Below are positions 38,113-47,912 of a stretch of 64,000 nucleotides of DNA, piece after piece. The position numbers and the translations under genes are program-made. A model generated the notes under the pieces. That model was not told the origin of the DNA, did not search any database, and saw only the letters and a program-made list of their open reading frames with translations. The DNA is taken from the NCBI GenBank assembly GCA_021798115.1, contig JAJZYM010000008.1, positions 3,709-67,708 on the forward strand, given 5' to 3'. Position 1 is the first letter of the stretch, and every line of letters starts with the position of its first letter. Origin of the DNA: Pseudomonadota bacterium (GTDB taxonomy: Bacteria; Pseudomonadota; Gammaproteobacteria; JAKAQQ01).

Positions 38113-38730
38113 TCAAGCCGCCCGTGTGAAATGACAGTAGAGAAAGGCCTGCCGCTTGCCGGCCGGCGTCTCGTGCATCACTTTTTGGCTCCGGATCAGC
38201 ACGAAGTCGCGGCCAAGCTCCGCCTGCAATCCCCCCTCGTCGTAGCGGACGACCGGGAGATGGCTGCATTGCTCGGGCCCGTCCAGAGCGAAGGTCGCGA
38301 GGAGAACATGGCCGTCCGCCGCCAGGGAGCGCCGGAGTTGCTCCACGTAGGCCCTCCGGTCCTGCGTGTCAGTCAAAAAATGAAACACCGCCCGATCGCG
38401 CCACAAGCGATAGCGTTTGTCCGGCAAGGCGCTCTCGAGGACATCGACCACCACCCACCGGACTTGGGTGCTTTTCCCTCCCAGCCGATCCTGGGCCGCG
38501 GCGAGGGAGGCCTCCGAAACATCGAGGACCGTGACATCGGAAAAACCCCGAAGGAGAAGATCGTCCACGAAGGTCGACGCTCCTCCCCCCACGTCGATGA
38601 TCGGATCCGTCGGCCGAAGCGACCAGGCGTCGATCCACTCCCATGACGCTTGGTCGTGCTCGCAGAACCAGCTGACGGACGAGGCGGGCTTGCGGCGGTA
38701 GATCTCTTGCCAGTGATCTTTGCGATTCAT
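38113..38730 (-). CDS. Class I SAM-dependent methyltransferase
   Basis: HWQEIY, IIDVGGGAS, VLDVS, WRDRAVFHFL, GPEQCS. Confidence 0.9.
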   Translation of the reverse strand: MNRKDHWQEIYRRKPASSVSWFCEHDQASWEWIDAWSLRPTDPIIDVGGGASTFVDDLLLRGFSDVTVLDVSEASLAAAQDRLGGKSTQVRWVVVDVLESALPDKRYRLWRDRAVFHFLTDTQDRRAYVEQLRRSLAADGHVLLATFALDGPEQCSHLPVVRYDEGGLQAELGRDFVLIRSQKVMHETPAGKRQAFLYCHFTRAA

Positions 38731-39184
38731 GGGCGGCTCCAGGGAAACGCGGATCCTCGAGGGGGGCGGTCACACGGGCTCGGGCCGGGGCGAGTGGCCC
38801 TCACGGTCTGACCCGGAGCCTTGGACCGTCCGCCCCGCAACCAAGGCCAAACCCGTAACCGGGATTATGCCCTTCTCGTACGGTGGACGGCAAGGTTCGG
38901 GGACTGGGGAGCCGGACCCCGGACATGGCGCACTCATGGATGTCATGGACCTCCGCCCTCGACCGCAAAGGCCGGGACGACTCAAGAATGGAACGCCGCA
39001 CCGAAGGTCGGACGGCCGGAGGGAGGGGGCGGGTCCGCGTGGAAAGTCCGCCGGGCGTTGACGAAAGGCCGGGCAAGAAAAGCGACAGCGATGCTCCGGC
39101 TGGAGAGTCCAGGCGAGGAATTGATCTATGCTTGATCGAGGCCGTGCGGACAACCCGCTTGTGCGCGAGCAAAGGGGCGGAGCG

Positions 39185-40573
39185 ATGGCGAATTCCGAAG
39201 TCGATTTACTCACCCTGGGGGCGGGCGGCGGCGCGTATCCGGCCGCCTTCCGAATGGCCAAAGCCGGGGCGCGTGTCGTCATGGTGGATACGAAAGGCTT
39301 CATGAGCGGCAATTGCCTGTACGAGGGTTGTGTGCCCTCCAAGGCCGTGCGGGAGACGGCCGTCATTCTCGACGCGCAGCAGACATTCGGCTCGCGGGGC
39401 CTTCCGGGCCGGATCGAGATCGACTATGCGGCCGTCGTGGCTCACAAGGACGCCGTCCAGGCCCGACGTTACGCCCAGCACGCGGAAGAGCTGGCCGCTG
39501 TGCCCAATCTGCGGCTCCTTCAGGGCGAAGCCCGCTTCCTCGATCCTCACACGGTCCAGGTCCACGGGGCTCACGGCGACGAAAGACTCCGTTGCCGCCA
39601 TGTCATCATCGCGACCGGTTCGGACGTGTACGTGCCGCCTCTCCCCGGGGCCGAGTTGGCCCTCACCAGCCACGATCTCTACAAACCCGATCCCCCCCTC
39701 AAGCGGCTGCCCCCGCATGTGATCATCGTCGGCGGCGGTTACATCGGGCTCGAAACGGCGAGTTTTTTCGCGACCTTTGGGAGTCGGGTGACGATTCTGG
39801 AAATGGCCGATCAGGTTCTGGCAGGCATGGATCCGGCCATGGTGGGACAATTGGTGCCCCTTTTGCATCCCCGCATTCGCATCATGACGGGCGTCAAGGT
39901 GCTGGCCCTGGAAGCCGAGGCCACGGGGCAACGAACCGTTCAGTACAGTCTGGGGGATCAGACGGCACGTCTGACGGGGGATGCGGTCGTCCTCGCCATC
40001 GGCCGACGTCCCGTGATTCCCGAAGGCGCGGAGCGTTTGGGCCTGGACATCGGGCCCCACGGGATCCGGGTGGGCCCCGATCTCCGTACGGCGCATCCCC
40101 ACATCTATGCGTGCGGCGACGTGAACGGTCGTGTTCCCCTGTTTCACGCCGCCGTGCGCCAGTCCCTCGTCGCCGCCCACAACATCCTGGGCGGCCGTCA
40201 ACCCCTGGATTACGCCGATTTCCTGAACGTGCCCACGACGATCTTTACGTTGCCCGCGGCGGCCTATGTCGGCCTCACGCCCTCCCGGGCCTCGGCCGTG
40301 GGGCGCACGCTCGTGAGCGGCCGCTACGCTTTCAACGAGGATTCCCGGGCGCAGATCCTGGAACGCACGGACGGGGAAATTCGCCTCTTCTTCGAGACCG
40401 AAAGTCTCCGCCTCCTCGGAGGATGGGTCGTGGGCCTCGATGCGGAGCATCTCATCGGGGAGATCGGCATCGCCGTCCACGGGGGACTCACCGCGTACGA
40501 CATGGCCCGCTTTGCCGATCAACACCCCATGAGTGCCGAAGGTCTCGGCAAGGCGGCGCGGTCTCTTTTTTGA
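39185..40573 (+). CDS. Pyridine nucleotide-disulfide oxidoreductase, dihydrolipoamide dehydrogenase-like
   Basis: GAGGGAY, GNCLYEGCVPSK redox disulfide, IIATGS, GGGYIGLE, IYACGD, C-terminal HPMSAE. Confidence 0.88.
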   Translation: MANSEVDLLTLGAGGGAYPAAFRMAKAGARVVMVDTKGFMSGNCLYEGCVPSKAVRETAVILDAQQTFGSRGLPGRIEIDYAAVVAHKDAVQARRYAQHAEELAAVPNLRLLQGEARFLDPHTVQVHGAHGDERLRCRHVIIATGSDVYVPPLPGAELALTSHDLYKPDPPLKRLPPHVIIVGGGYIGLETASFFATFGSRVTILEMADQVLAGMDPAMVGQLVPLLHPRIRIMTGVKVLALEAEATGQRTVQYSLGDQTARLTGDAVVLAIGRRPVIPEGAERLGLDIGPHGIRVGPDLRTAHPHIYACGDVNGRVPLFHAAVRQSLVAAHNILGGRQPLDYADFLNVPTTIFTLPAAAYVGLTPSRASAVGRTLVSGRYAFNEDSRAQILERTDGEIRLFFETESLRLLGGWVVGLDAEHLIGEIGIAVHGGLTAYDMARFADQHPMSAEGLGKAARSLF

Positions 40574-40910
40574 ACGACGGCCGCGAGGGGACCGACGCCC
40601 CCGTCCGAGACGCCCGGGAAAAAACGTCCGCCGGCACGACGGAGCCCTCGCGGAATCGGCGTTGATTCCCCGCCCCCTCGAGTCCTCCGGGACCGAGGCG
40701 GCCCGCCCGGGTCACCGACGTTCCCTCCGCCCTCACGCGTCCTTCCCACTCCCGTGGGAAGGACGCGTGCCGGAAAGCGCGCGAGGGGGCAAAGCGGCGC
40801 ACGGTGTTTGCTGGCACAATTGGAGACTCGGGCGGACGGCCGGTCCCGCGCCCCCACCCGCCCACGCGATTTCTTGATCTTTGTTCTTCTGATTCACGGA
40901 GTACCAACCC

Positions 40911-42062
40911 ATGACGAAACGTGTCGCAGTCCTCGGCTCAGGCAAGATCGGCGAGCTCGTCGCCACCCTCTTCGTCGATGCCGGGGACTACCGTGTCGTC
41001 CTCGCCGACAAGGACGAGGGGCGGCTCCGTGCGCTGGCGCTTCCCTGGTCGAGCGGCCGGCTCGAGGCCCGGGCCCTCGACGCCGGCGACCGCTCCGCCC
41101 TGAGTGGCCTCTTCCGCGACGAACACATCGACGCGGTCGTCTCCTGCCTTCCTTACTACCTCAACGTCGAGGTGGCGACCGCCGCCCGCGAGGCCGCGGT
41201 GCACTATTTCGATCTCACCGAAGACGTCGAGGTGACCCGCGCGGTCCGTCGCCTCGCCGAGGATGCCCAGACGGCCTTCGTCCCCCAGTGCGGCCTCGCT
41301 CCCGGATTCATCAGCATCGTCGCCAACCACCTCATGCGTCGCTTCGAAACCCTCGACGAGGCCAAGCTCCGGGTGGGCGCCCTCCCCCAGTACCCCAGCA
41401 ACGAACTCAAATACGCCCTCACCTGGTCGTCGGACGGAGTGATCAACGAATACGGCAACCTCTGCGAGGGCATCGTCGACGGCCGCCTCCAGTCCCTGCA
41501 GCCTCTCGAGGGACTCGAGAGCATCGAGCTCCGCGGCCGCCGCTACGAGGCCTTCAACACCTCGGGCGGCCTCGGCTCTCTCGCCGACACCTACGGGGGA
41601 CGCATCCGTCATCTCACCTACAAGACGATCCGCTATCCGGGCCACTGCACGCTCGTGCGCTTCCTCATGAACGATCTCCGTCTCAACGACGACCGCCCGA
41701 ACCTCAAGCGTATTCTCGAGAACGCCGTTCCGCGGACCGAGCAGGACGTCGTGCTCGTCTACGTGAGCGCGCGGGGCACACGCCAAAGCGGCTTTTACGA
41801 GGACACCTACGTCCAGGCCGTCTACCCCGACGAGATCGCCGGTCGGCGCTGGTCGGCCATCCAGATCACGACCGCCGCGGGCATCACGGCGGTCGTCGAC
41901 CTCGTCCTCACCCGTCCCGACCGCTACCGGGGATTCCTCCGCCAGGAGGACATCGACCTCGAAACCTTTCTCGGCAACCGTTTCGGCCGGCGCTACCGCC
42001 CCGACCCGCGCGCCTGGACGTTCGAGCCGACAGCGGCCGGAGAGTCCGCCCCGTCGCCCTGA
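40911..42062 (+). CDS. Saccharopine dehydrogenase family / probable L-lysine 6-dehydrogenase
   Basis: GSGKIG, HYFDLTEDV, PQCGLAPG, VGALP, YEAFNTSGGLG, YKTIRYPGH. Confidence 0.88.
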   Translation: MTKRVAVLGSGKIGELVATLFVDAGDYRVVLADKDEGRLRALALPWSSGRLEARALDAGDRSALSGLFRDEHIDAVVSCLPYYLNVEVATAAREAAVHYFDLTEDVEVTRAVRRLAEDAQTAFVPQCGLAPGFISIVANHLMRRFETLDEAKLRVGALPQYPSNELKYALTWSSDGVINEYGNLCEGIVDGRLQSLQPLEGLESIELRGRRYEAFNTSGGLGSLADTYGGRIRHLTYKTIRYPGHCTLVRFLMNDLRLNDDRPNLKRILENAVPRTEQDVVLVYVSARGTRQSGFYEDTYVQAVYPDEIAGRRWSAIQITTAAGITAVVDLVLTRPDRYRGFLRQEDIDLETFLGNRFGRRYRPDPRAWTFEPTAAGESAPSP

Positions 42063-42092
42063 CCGCCCCGCCCCTTCCGGAGGATCTCCGCC

Positions 42093-43631
42093 GTGCATCC
42101 CGACGTCCGCACCGTCCTCGAACGCTTGGGCCTTCGCGAACCCCTCTCCACCACCTACGGTCCCGCCTCCGGCTGGATCCGTTCACCGGGGGCGCCCGAG
42201 CAGGCCGTCCTCAACCCGAGCACGGGCGAGGAGATCGCCCGCCTCACGACCAGCACGGACGCCGACGCCACACGCGTCCTCGAGGAGTCTCGTGCCTCCT
42301 TCGCCGCGTGGCGGGCGATCCCCGCGCCCCGTCGCGGGGAGCTCGTCCGCCGCATCGGCGAGACCCTGCGGGCGCACAAGGCGGATCTCGGCACCCTCGT
42401 GAGCCTCGAGGTGGGGAAGATCACCGCCGAAGCCCAAGGCGAAGTCCAGGAGATGATCGACATGGCCGATTTCGCCGTCGGTCAGTCGCGCATGCTCTAC
42501 GGGCGGACGATGCCGTCCGAGCGGCCGGGCCACCGCATGTTCGAGCAGTGGCACCCCCGCGGGGTGGTGGCCGTCATCACCGCCTTCAATTTCCCCGTGG
42601 CCGTCTGGTCATGGAACGCTTTCCTCGCCACTATCTGCGGTAACAGCGTTGTCTGGAAACCCTCGCCGAAGGGCCTCCTCTGCGCACTCGCGGTCCAGGC
42701 TCTGGTCGCCCGCACCCTCGAAGGCTCGGGACTCCCCCCCGCCTTCGGGCTCCTTGGGGAAAGCGGCCACACGATCGCCGAGCGCCTCGCGGACGACCGC
42801 CACGTCGATCTCGTGTCCTTCACCGGCTCGACGGCGGTCGGCCGCCTCGTGGCCGAGCGGGTGGCCCACCGCCTCGGGCACACGCTCCTCGAGCTCGGGG
42901 GCAACAACGCGATCGTGGTCGCCGCCGACGCCGATCTCGACCTCGTCACCCGCGCCGTCCTTTTCGGGGCGGTCGGAACGGCCGGGCAGCGCTGCACGAC
43001 GACCCGCCGGCTCTTCGTCGAGCGCCCGATCCTCAAACCCGTGCTCGAGCGGCTCGTCCGGGCCTACGCCCAGGTGAAGATCGGCGACCCCCGCGACCCC
43101 GGCGTTCTCATGGGCCCGCTCATCGACGCTCGGGCGGTCGAACGCTACCGGGCGGCCGTCGCCGAGATCCGTCGTCTCGGCGGCGAGATTCTCCACGGGG
43201 GAACGGTCCTCGAGGGACCGGGCCACTTCGTCACACCGACCCTCGTTCTCGCGAAGCCGGGCTGGCCCCTCCTGTGTGAAGAAACCTTTGCGCCGATCCT
43301 CTACGTTCTTCCCTACGACCATTTCGAAGACGCCCTCCGCCTCCACAACGACGTCCCGCAAGGGCTCTCGTCGGCGATCTTCACCCGCGACCTTCGCAAG
43401 GCCGAGCGCTTCCTCTCGGTCTCGGGGAGCGATTGCGGCATCGCCAACGTGAACATCGGCACGTCGGGAGCCGAGATCGGCGGAGCCTTCGGCGGCGAGA
43501 AGGACACGGGGGGAGGCCGCGAAGCCGGCTCCGACGCCTGGAAGAACTACATGCGGCGGCAGACGAACACCGTCAACTGGAGCGACGCTCTCCCGCTCGC
43601 CCAGGGGATCGACTTCGGGACGGAAGCGTGA
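42093..43631 (+). CDS. Aldehyde dehydrogenase family 7 (piperideine-6-carboxylate/aminoadipate-semialdehyde dehydrogenase)
   Basis: GEVQEMID, AFNFPVAVWSWN, LELGGNNA, GTAGQRCTTTRR, GTSGAEIGGAFGGEKDTGGGREAGSDAWK. Confidence 0.93.
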   Translation: MHPDVRTVLERLGLREPLSTTYGPASGWIRSPGAPEQAVLNPSTGEEIARLTTSTDADATRVLEESRASFAAWRAIPAPRRGELVRRIGETLRAHKADLGTLVSLEVGKITAEAQGEVQEMIDMADFAVGQSRMLYGRTMPSERPGHRMFEQWHPRGVVAVITAFNFPVAVWSWNAFLATICGNSVVWKPSPKGLLCALAVQALVARTLEGSGLPPAFGLLGESGHTIAERLADDRHVDLVSFTGSTAVGRLVAERVAHRLGHTLLELGGNNAIVVAADADLDLVTRAVLFGAVGTAGQRCTTTRRLFVERPILKPVLERLVRAYAQVKIGDPRDPGVLMGPLIDARAVERYRAAVAEIRRLGGEILHGGTVLEGPGHFVTPTLVLAKPGWPLLCEETFAPILYVLPYDHFEDALRLHNDVPQGLSSAIFTRDLRKAERFLSVSGSDCGIANVNIGTSGAEIGGAFGGEKDTGGGREAGSDAWKNYMRRQTNTVNWSDALPLAQGIDFGTEA

Positions 43632-44479
43632 TGCGGACCAGCCCCGCCTGGGTCCTTCTCTTCATGGCGGTGCTCCAGGGCTTCACCGAGCTCTTCCCGG
43701 TCTCGAGCCTGGGCCACAGCGTCCTCGTCCCCGCCCTCCTCCACCTCCGTCTCGACCGCGCCGCCCCGTGGTTCCTCCCCTTCCTCGTCGTGCTCCACCT
43801 CGGCACGGCGAGCGCCCTCCTTCTCTACTTCTGGAGGGACTGGTGGGGGATCCTCAAAAGCCTCCTGCGCACACGCGGACGGCCGATCGAACCCGAGACC
43901 CGTCTCTTCTGGCTCCTTGTCCTGGGCACCGTGCCGGCGGGACTCCTGGGGCTTCTTCTCGTCCACTTCGTGCGCAGCCTCTTTGCGGGCTTCACCGTGG
44001 CGGCCGTCTTCCTGATCGTGAACGGTCTCGCCCTTTTCGTCGGCGACCGATTGAAGAAACGCGAGGCGCGTCACCGGCTGGACGATATGCCCTGGACGAG
44101 CGCTCTCGTGATCGGCCTCGCGCAGGCGACGGCGCTCATCCCGGGGATCTCACGCTCGGGGGCCACCCTGGTGGCCGGGCTCGGCCGCGGGCTCGACTAC
44201 GAAGCCGCGGCCCGCTTTTCCTTCCTCCTCTCCGCGCCGATCATTGGGGCCGCCGGTCTTCTCGAAACGCCCAAACTCTTCCACGCCGGAGTGGGCATCG
44301 GGCCGCTTCTTCCCGTCGTCTTCGCCGCCGGTCTTCTCGCCGGCGTCTGCGCCTGGTTGAGCAGCTGGTTCCTGATGCGCTACTTCCACCGCCGCGAGGT
44401 CACGGCCCTGAGACCGTTTGCGTTCTACTGCCTCGCGGCCGGTGTGGCGGCGCTCGCTCTCCACGCCCTCTCTCTCTGA
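43631..44479 (+). CDS. uppP: Undecaprenyl-diphosphate phosphatase
   Basis: LQGFTELFPVSSLGH, VLHLGT, ALIPGISRSGAT, AARFSFLL. Confidence 0.93.
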   Translation: MRTSPAWVLLFMAVLQGFTELFPVSSLGHSVLVPALLHLRLDRAAPWFLPFLVVLHLGTASALLLYFWRDWWGILKSLLRTRGRPIEPETRLFWLLVLGTVPAGLLGLLLVHFVRSLFAGFTVAAVFLIVNGLALFVGDRLKKREARHRLDDMPWTSALVIGLAQATALIPGISRSGATLVAGLGRGLDYEAAARFSFLLSAPIIGAAGLLETPKLFHAGVGIGPLLPVVFAAGLLAGVCAWLSSWFLMRYFHRREVTALRPFAFYCLAAGVAALALHALSL

Positions 44480-44571
44480 GAGGGGAGCACGCCACCTCTA
44501 CATCAGGCCGGAAGACTGCCCTTGCGACGGACGCTCGCCTCGAGAGCGGTGGGACGCTCTCGCCCCGATCG

Positions 44572-45504
44572 TCACTTCTCCGCGTAGGCGAAGGAAAAAG
44601 CCCCGCGGCCGACAAAGGCTCCCGCCGAAACGCTCATCACCGACAGAAGCACGGCGATCTTGTGTTGCTGGCCTAGCGCCACAAGGCGCTGGAAGCGGGC
44701 GTCGCTGCGGATGCGCTCGAGCTCACCCCCGTAGCTCAGCGCCAGCACCGGAACGCCGAGACCCCCCTCGCGGATGAGGGTTTCCATGCGGGAAAAACTC
44801 CAGTCGAGGGCCTTGTCGAAGCCGCGGATCTTTTCGATCGCCCGGGACTCGCCGTCCGCCATCTCGAGAACGGGCTTGATGTCGAGAAGATCCCCGGCCT
44901 TGTAGGTGAACCAGTTGACACTCTCCTCCCCGCGGGTCCGGGCGATGTTGTAGACGTAGTAGAGATCGTCCGGGATGAGGTACGCACGGATCTTGTGGCG
45001 GACGGTCTCGAGTGAACGGCGTATGCCGTCAAAGCCCTCCTGAACGACGTCCCGAAGACGCAGGGCCTGGAAGGCGAGGACCGCTTCCCCCGTAAAGAGA
45101 ATCTGCGCATCGAAGATCCTGAGCAGAAACGGCTCGCTGAGACCCGCCTCGGCGCGCAACTTCTTGTAGTCGCGGAGGATCGTGTACGACGCCTCCGTGG
45201 CATGGGCGTAGATCTTGCTTCGGCGGGAATCGGGGCAGAGGACAAAAAGCCGGTCGTAGCGGGTCACCCACTGCTCGAGGAAGAGGTCGGCCATCTGCTG
45301 GGCCTTGAGGGGCTGGGTGACGACGGCGGTTTCGTGCTTCTGCAGATAGAGCCGGTAGAGGCGCAGCGTCTCCGTTTCGTCCCGGCGATCGAGAAAGACG
45401 TTCGTCCGGGCGTGGACCGAGACGGGCAACATTTCGAGGCGTCCGGGACCAAGAAAATTGCCCGGCACGTCGCAGGTGGGGCTGATGATGATTCCGATTT
45501 TCAC
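44572..45504 (-). CDS. DegV family (fatty-acid-binding) protein
   Basis: MKIGIIISPTCDVP, TQP, IFDAQILFTGE, DLYYV..RG, LLDIKPVL..DG, EKIRG. Confidence 0.75.
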   Translation of the reverse strand: MKIGIIISPTCDVPGNFLGPGRLEMLPVSVHARTNVFLDRRDETETLRLYRLYLQKHETAVVTQPLKAQQMADLFLEQWVTRYDRLFVLCPDSRRSKIYAHATEASYTILRDYKKLRAEAGLSEPFLLRIFDAQILFTGEAVLAFQALRLRDVVQEGFDGIRRSLETVRHKIRAYLIPDDLYYVYNIARTRGEESVNWFTYKAGDLLDIKPVLEMADGESRAIEKIRGFDKALDWSFSRMETLIREGGLGVPVLALSYGGELERIRSDARFQRLVALGQQHKIAVLLSVMSVSAGAFVGRGAFSFAYAEK

Positions 45505-45702
45505 GCGGGGGCACCCCTCTCTCTTTTGTTCGTTTGCGAGGCGCTCCCGAGCCCTTCGGGCCCGGAAAGCCTCTCGGTCATTCTAACGTGTCGGGAAGCG
45601 GGGCACGGCGGCAACGTGTCGAGGGTCCCCGTCGACTTCCCGCGCCTCTTCCCCACGCGATCTTTCCCCCTCCCGGGGAGGAGGAAAGAACCGGGACCGG
45701 GG

Positions 45703-46149
45703 TCAGCGATGGTCCTTGCGCACGAGCACGACCACGGGCTTCCAGCGATACGCCCGATCGTGCACGACCTTCGCCCCGAAGTAGTAGGTTCGGCCGGCCT
45801 TGAAATCCATGGTGACGGTCGGCCAGTTCTGGCTTCCGCCCACCCCGCTTGCGGCGAAGCCCGGACCGAAGGCGTTGTTCATGAACGCCATGAAGCCCAC
45901 CGTGTGACGCCCCGGACGAATCCAGTAGGCGAGGCGGTGCAGATGATCGGGGAGGAGCTGGCCGTCGAGCGTCACCATCCGAAGCGCGTAGGTGCGCACC
46001 CGAGCGGGCTGCGCGACCGAAATGACGGCGTGAGGCTGCGATGGACTCACGAGCGCCAGGCTCCCAGCCGCCGCCAGACCGGGAACGAGGACACCCACGA
46101 GAAGAAGAAGACGCGAGCAGGACAACCAGGAACGATGCATTCTCATCAC
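45703..46149 (-). CDS. Hypothetical exported protein
   Basis: Signal-like N-terminus, beta-rich WIRPGRHTV...FKAGRTYYFGA...WKPVV; same strand as neighbours. Confidence 0.6.
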   Translation of the reverse strand: MMRMHRSWLSCSRLLLLVGVLVPGLAAAGSLALVSPSQPHAVISVAQPARVRTYALRMVTLDGQLLPDHLHRLAYWIRPGRHTVGFMAFMNNAFGPGFAASGVGGSQNWPTVTMDFKAGRTYYFGAKVVHDRAYRWKPVVVLVRKDHR

Positions 46150-46254
46150 GAGACCCTCCAGTATCGAGGGGCACGGCCCCTCGGATCGGACCGGAGACGG
46201 GAGCGGGAAGTTCCCGCCCCGGCCAGGTCGGGAAATTCCCGACTCAAGGTGAAT

Positions 46255-47460
46255 TTAGACCTTTCCGCCCCCCTCGTCAAGCTGAAGGAGACCGGCCATC
46301 AGGGACTCGCTCTCGAGGCTCTCCCCGGTGAGATGCATGGCGAGAACCTGACCGCCCAGAACCTGGGGGGCGACGACGACATCGGGGTGGACACGGCGGA
46401 TGCGGGCCATGTTGCGGGAGTTGTTCACGGCCGCGATCGTCTTGATATCGCCGCTCAGTTCACGGACCGCGAGGACGATGAAGGCGTTCTCGGAGTCGTC
46501 CTCTCCGAGGGCGAGGACCGCGCGCGCGTGCTCCACCCGGGCTTTGCGCAACACCTCGACGTCTGTCGGGTCGCCGACGACGATCTCGAGCTTGTCGTAG
46601 CCCGGGATCGTGAACGGTTCCGGAACCACGAAAACGACGGCCTGGCCGCGGGCGTTGAGCTCGCGGAAGGCGTTTCGGGCCAGCGAGGACTGGCCGGCGA
46701 GGACGAAGTGGTCGTGGTAGGGTTTGACGAGATCGGAAGGCATGAGAAACTTCTCGACGCGGCTCTGGAAGATGGGAAGGATGATGGCACTGAAGGCGGT
46801 CGTGAAGAGGACGACGCCCAGGACGATGATCGAGACGACGAAGAGACGCGCCTCGGCCGAGGCCGGCACGATGTCGCCGTAGCCGACCGTCGAGAGCGTC
46901 ACCACCGAAAAATAAAGCGCGGTGACGAGGCTGCGGATCGGCGGATGGAACTGGCGTCCGAGGGCGAGGCTGCCGAAGGAGGCGTACGCCAGGAGAAAGA
47001 CCACGCTGGTAAAGGCGTAGAGGGTGCCGCTCGCGAGCGAAGAGCGGCGAAAGTGCGGCGAGGCGACGACGAGAAGGACGAGAAGGAGGGCCGCGCCCTC
47101 CTGAAGAGGCGGCGGGAGCCCGCGGCGCAGAACGGCGAGAACGAAGAGCTGCCCGAGGAGATCCACGATCGCAAAGAGCCAGAACAGGCGGGAACGAAGC
47201 GGCAGCGCCGCGGCAAAGACGAGATCGATGAGTCCGAGGATGAGGCGCACGGGGTGGGCGGGCACCACCCACCTTCCCCGGACGAGCGCGACGAAAGGCC
47301 GGAGATCCGTCGGAACCAGGGGGACGAGGGTCGCGACCCCGAGAGCCAGAAACCCGAGGCTCGCAAGACGGGGAAGCCACCGATGCGCCCAGGGGTGATG
47401 CGCGAGGAGGCTGTAGAGGCCCCGGACCGTCCCCCCCCGTCGCCTCCGCCCCGCACTCAC
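46255..47460 (-). CDS. Potassium channel with RCK/TrkA-N domain (Kch-like)
   Basis: ALYFSVVTLSTVGYGDIVP selectivity filter; DHFVLAG, GDPTDVEVL, DDSENAF. Confidence 0.93.
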   Translation of the reverse strand: MSAGRRRRGGTVRGLYSLLAHHPWAHRWLPRLASLGFLALGVATLVPLVPTDLRPFVALVRGRWVVPAHPVRLILGLIDLVFAAALPLRSRLFWLFAIVDLLGQLFVLAVLRRGLPPPLQEGAALLLVLLVVASPHFRRSSLASGTLYAFTSVVFLLAYASFGSLALGRQFHPPIRSLVTALYFSVVTLSTVGYGDIVPASAEARLFVVSIIVLGVVLFTTAFSAIILPIFQSRVEKFLMPSDLVKPYHDHFVLAGQSSLARNAFRELNARGQAVVFVVPEPFTIPGYDKLEIVVGDPTDVEVLRKARVEHARAVLALGEDDSENAFIVLAVRELSGDIKTIAAVNNSRNMARIRRVHPDVVVAPQVLGGQVLAMHLTGESLESESLMAGLLQLDEGGGKV

Positions 47461-47906
47461 GGCGCCCCGCCCCCGGTCTCGCCCCCGTTCCTTTCCTCGG
47501 CTTTCACCCGGTCCCACAGGGCCTGGATCGAGGCGGGGTCCCGAGGGTCCGGCTCACCCCCGCAGGCCCGGGCGAGTTCGCGGTAACGGCGGTAGCGCCG
47601 CTCGAACTTGATCCGGGCCTCGGCCAGCGCGTGCTCCGGATCGAGCCCGAGAGCGAGAGCCAGGCGGCCGAGAACGAAGAGGAGATCGCCGAGTTCTTCT
47701 TCGATGCCCACCCGCTCGTCCACCGCGGTCACGAGTTCGTCCAGTTCTTCCTGCGCCTTGGCCAGAATCGCTTTGAGATCCGGCCAGTCGAACCCCTCGC
47801 GCACCGCGCGGGCCTGAAGCGCGAGGGCGCGTCCCCACTCGTCGCGCCCGACCGCGGCGTGCACCCCGGCCCGACGGTCCCGTACGGGGGGCCGGGAGCG
47901 CGGCAC
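47457..47906 (-). CDS. MazG-like nucleotide pyrophosphohydrolase, single domain
   Basis: GFDWP, EELDEL, EEELGDLLF, DPEHAL...KFERRY, LWDRVK. Confidence 0.85.
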   Translation of the reverse strand: MPRSRPPVRDRRAGVHAAVGRDEWGRALALQARAVREGFDWPDLKAILAKAQEELDELVTAVDERVGIEEELGDLLFVLGRLALALGLDPEHALAEARIKFERRYRRYRELARACGGEPDPRDPASIQALWDRVKAEERNGGETGGGAP

Positions 47907-47912
47907 CGGACC

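Noticed and set aside
38780..39120. Short ORFs between the methyltransferase and the flavoprotein (e.g. AEVHDIHECAM)
   Set aside because: Only superficial metal-motif resemblance; no RBS or family signature
40574..40910. Possible lysine riboswitch upstream of the lysine dehydrogenase
   Set aside because: No AGAGGUGC/loop-E or kink-turn signature seen
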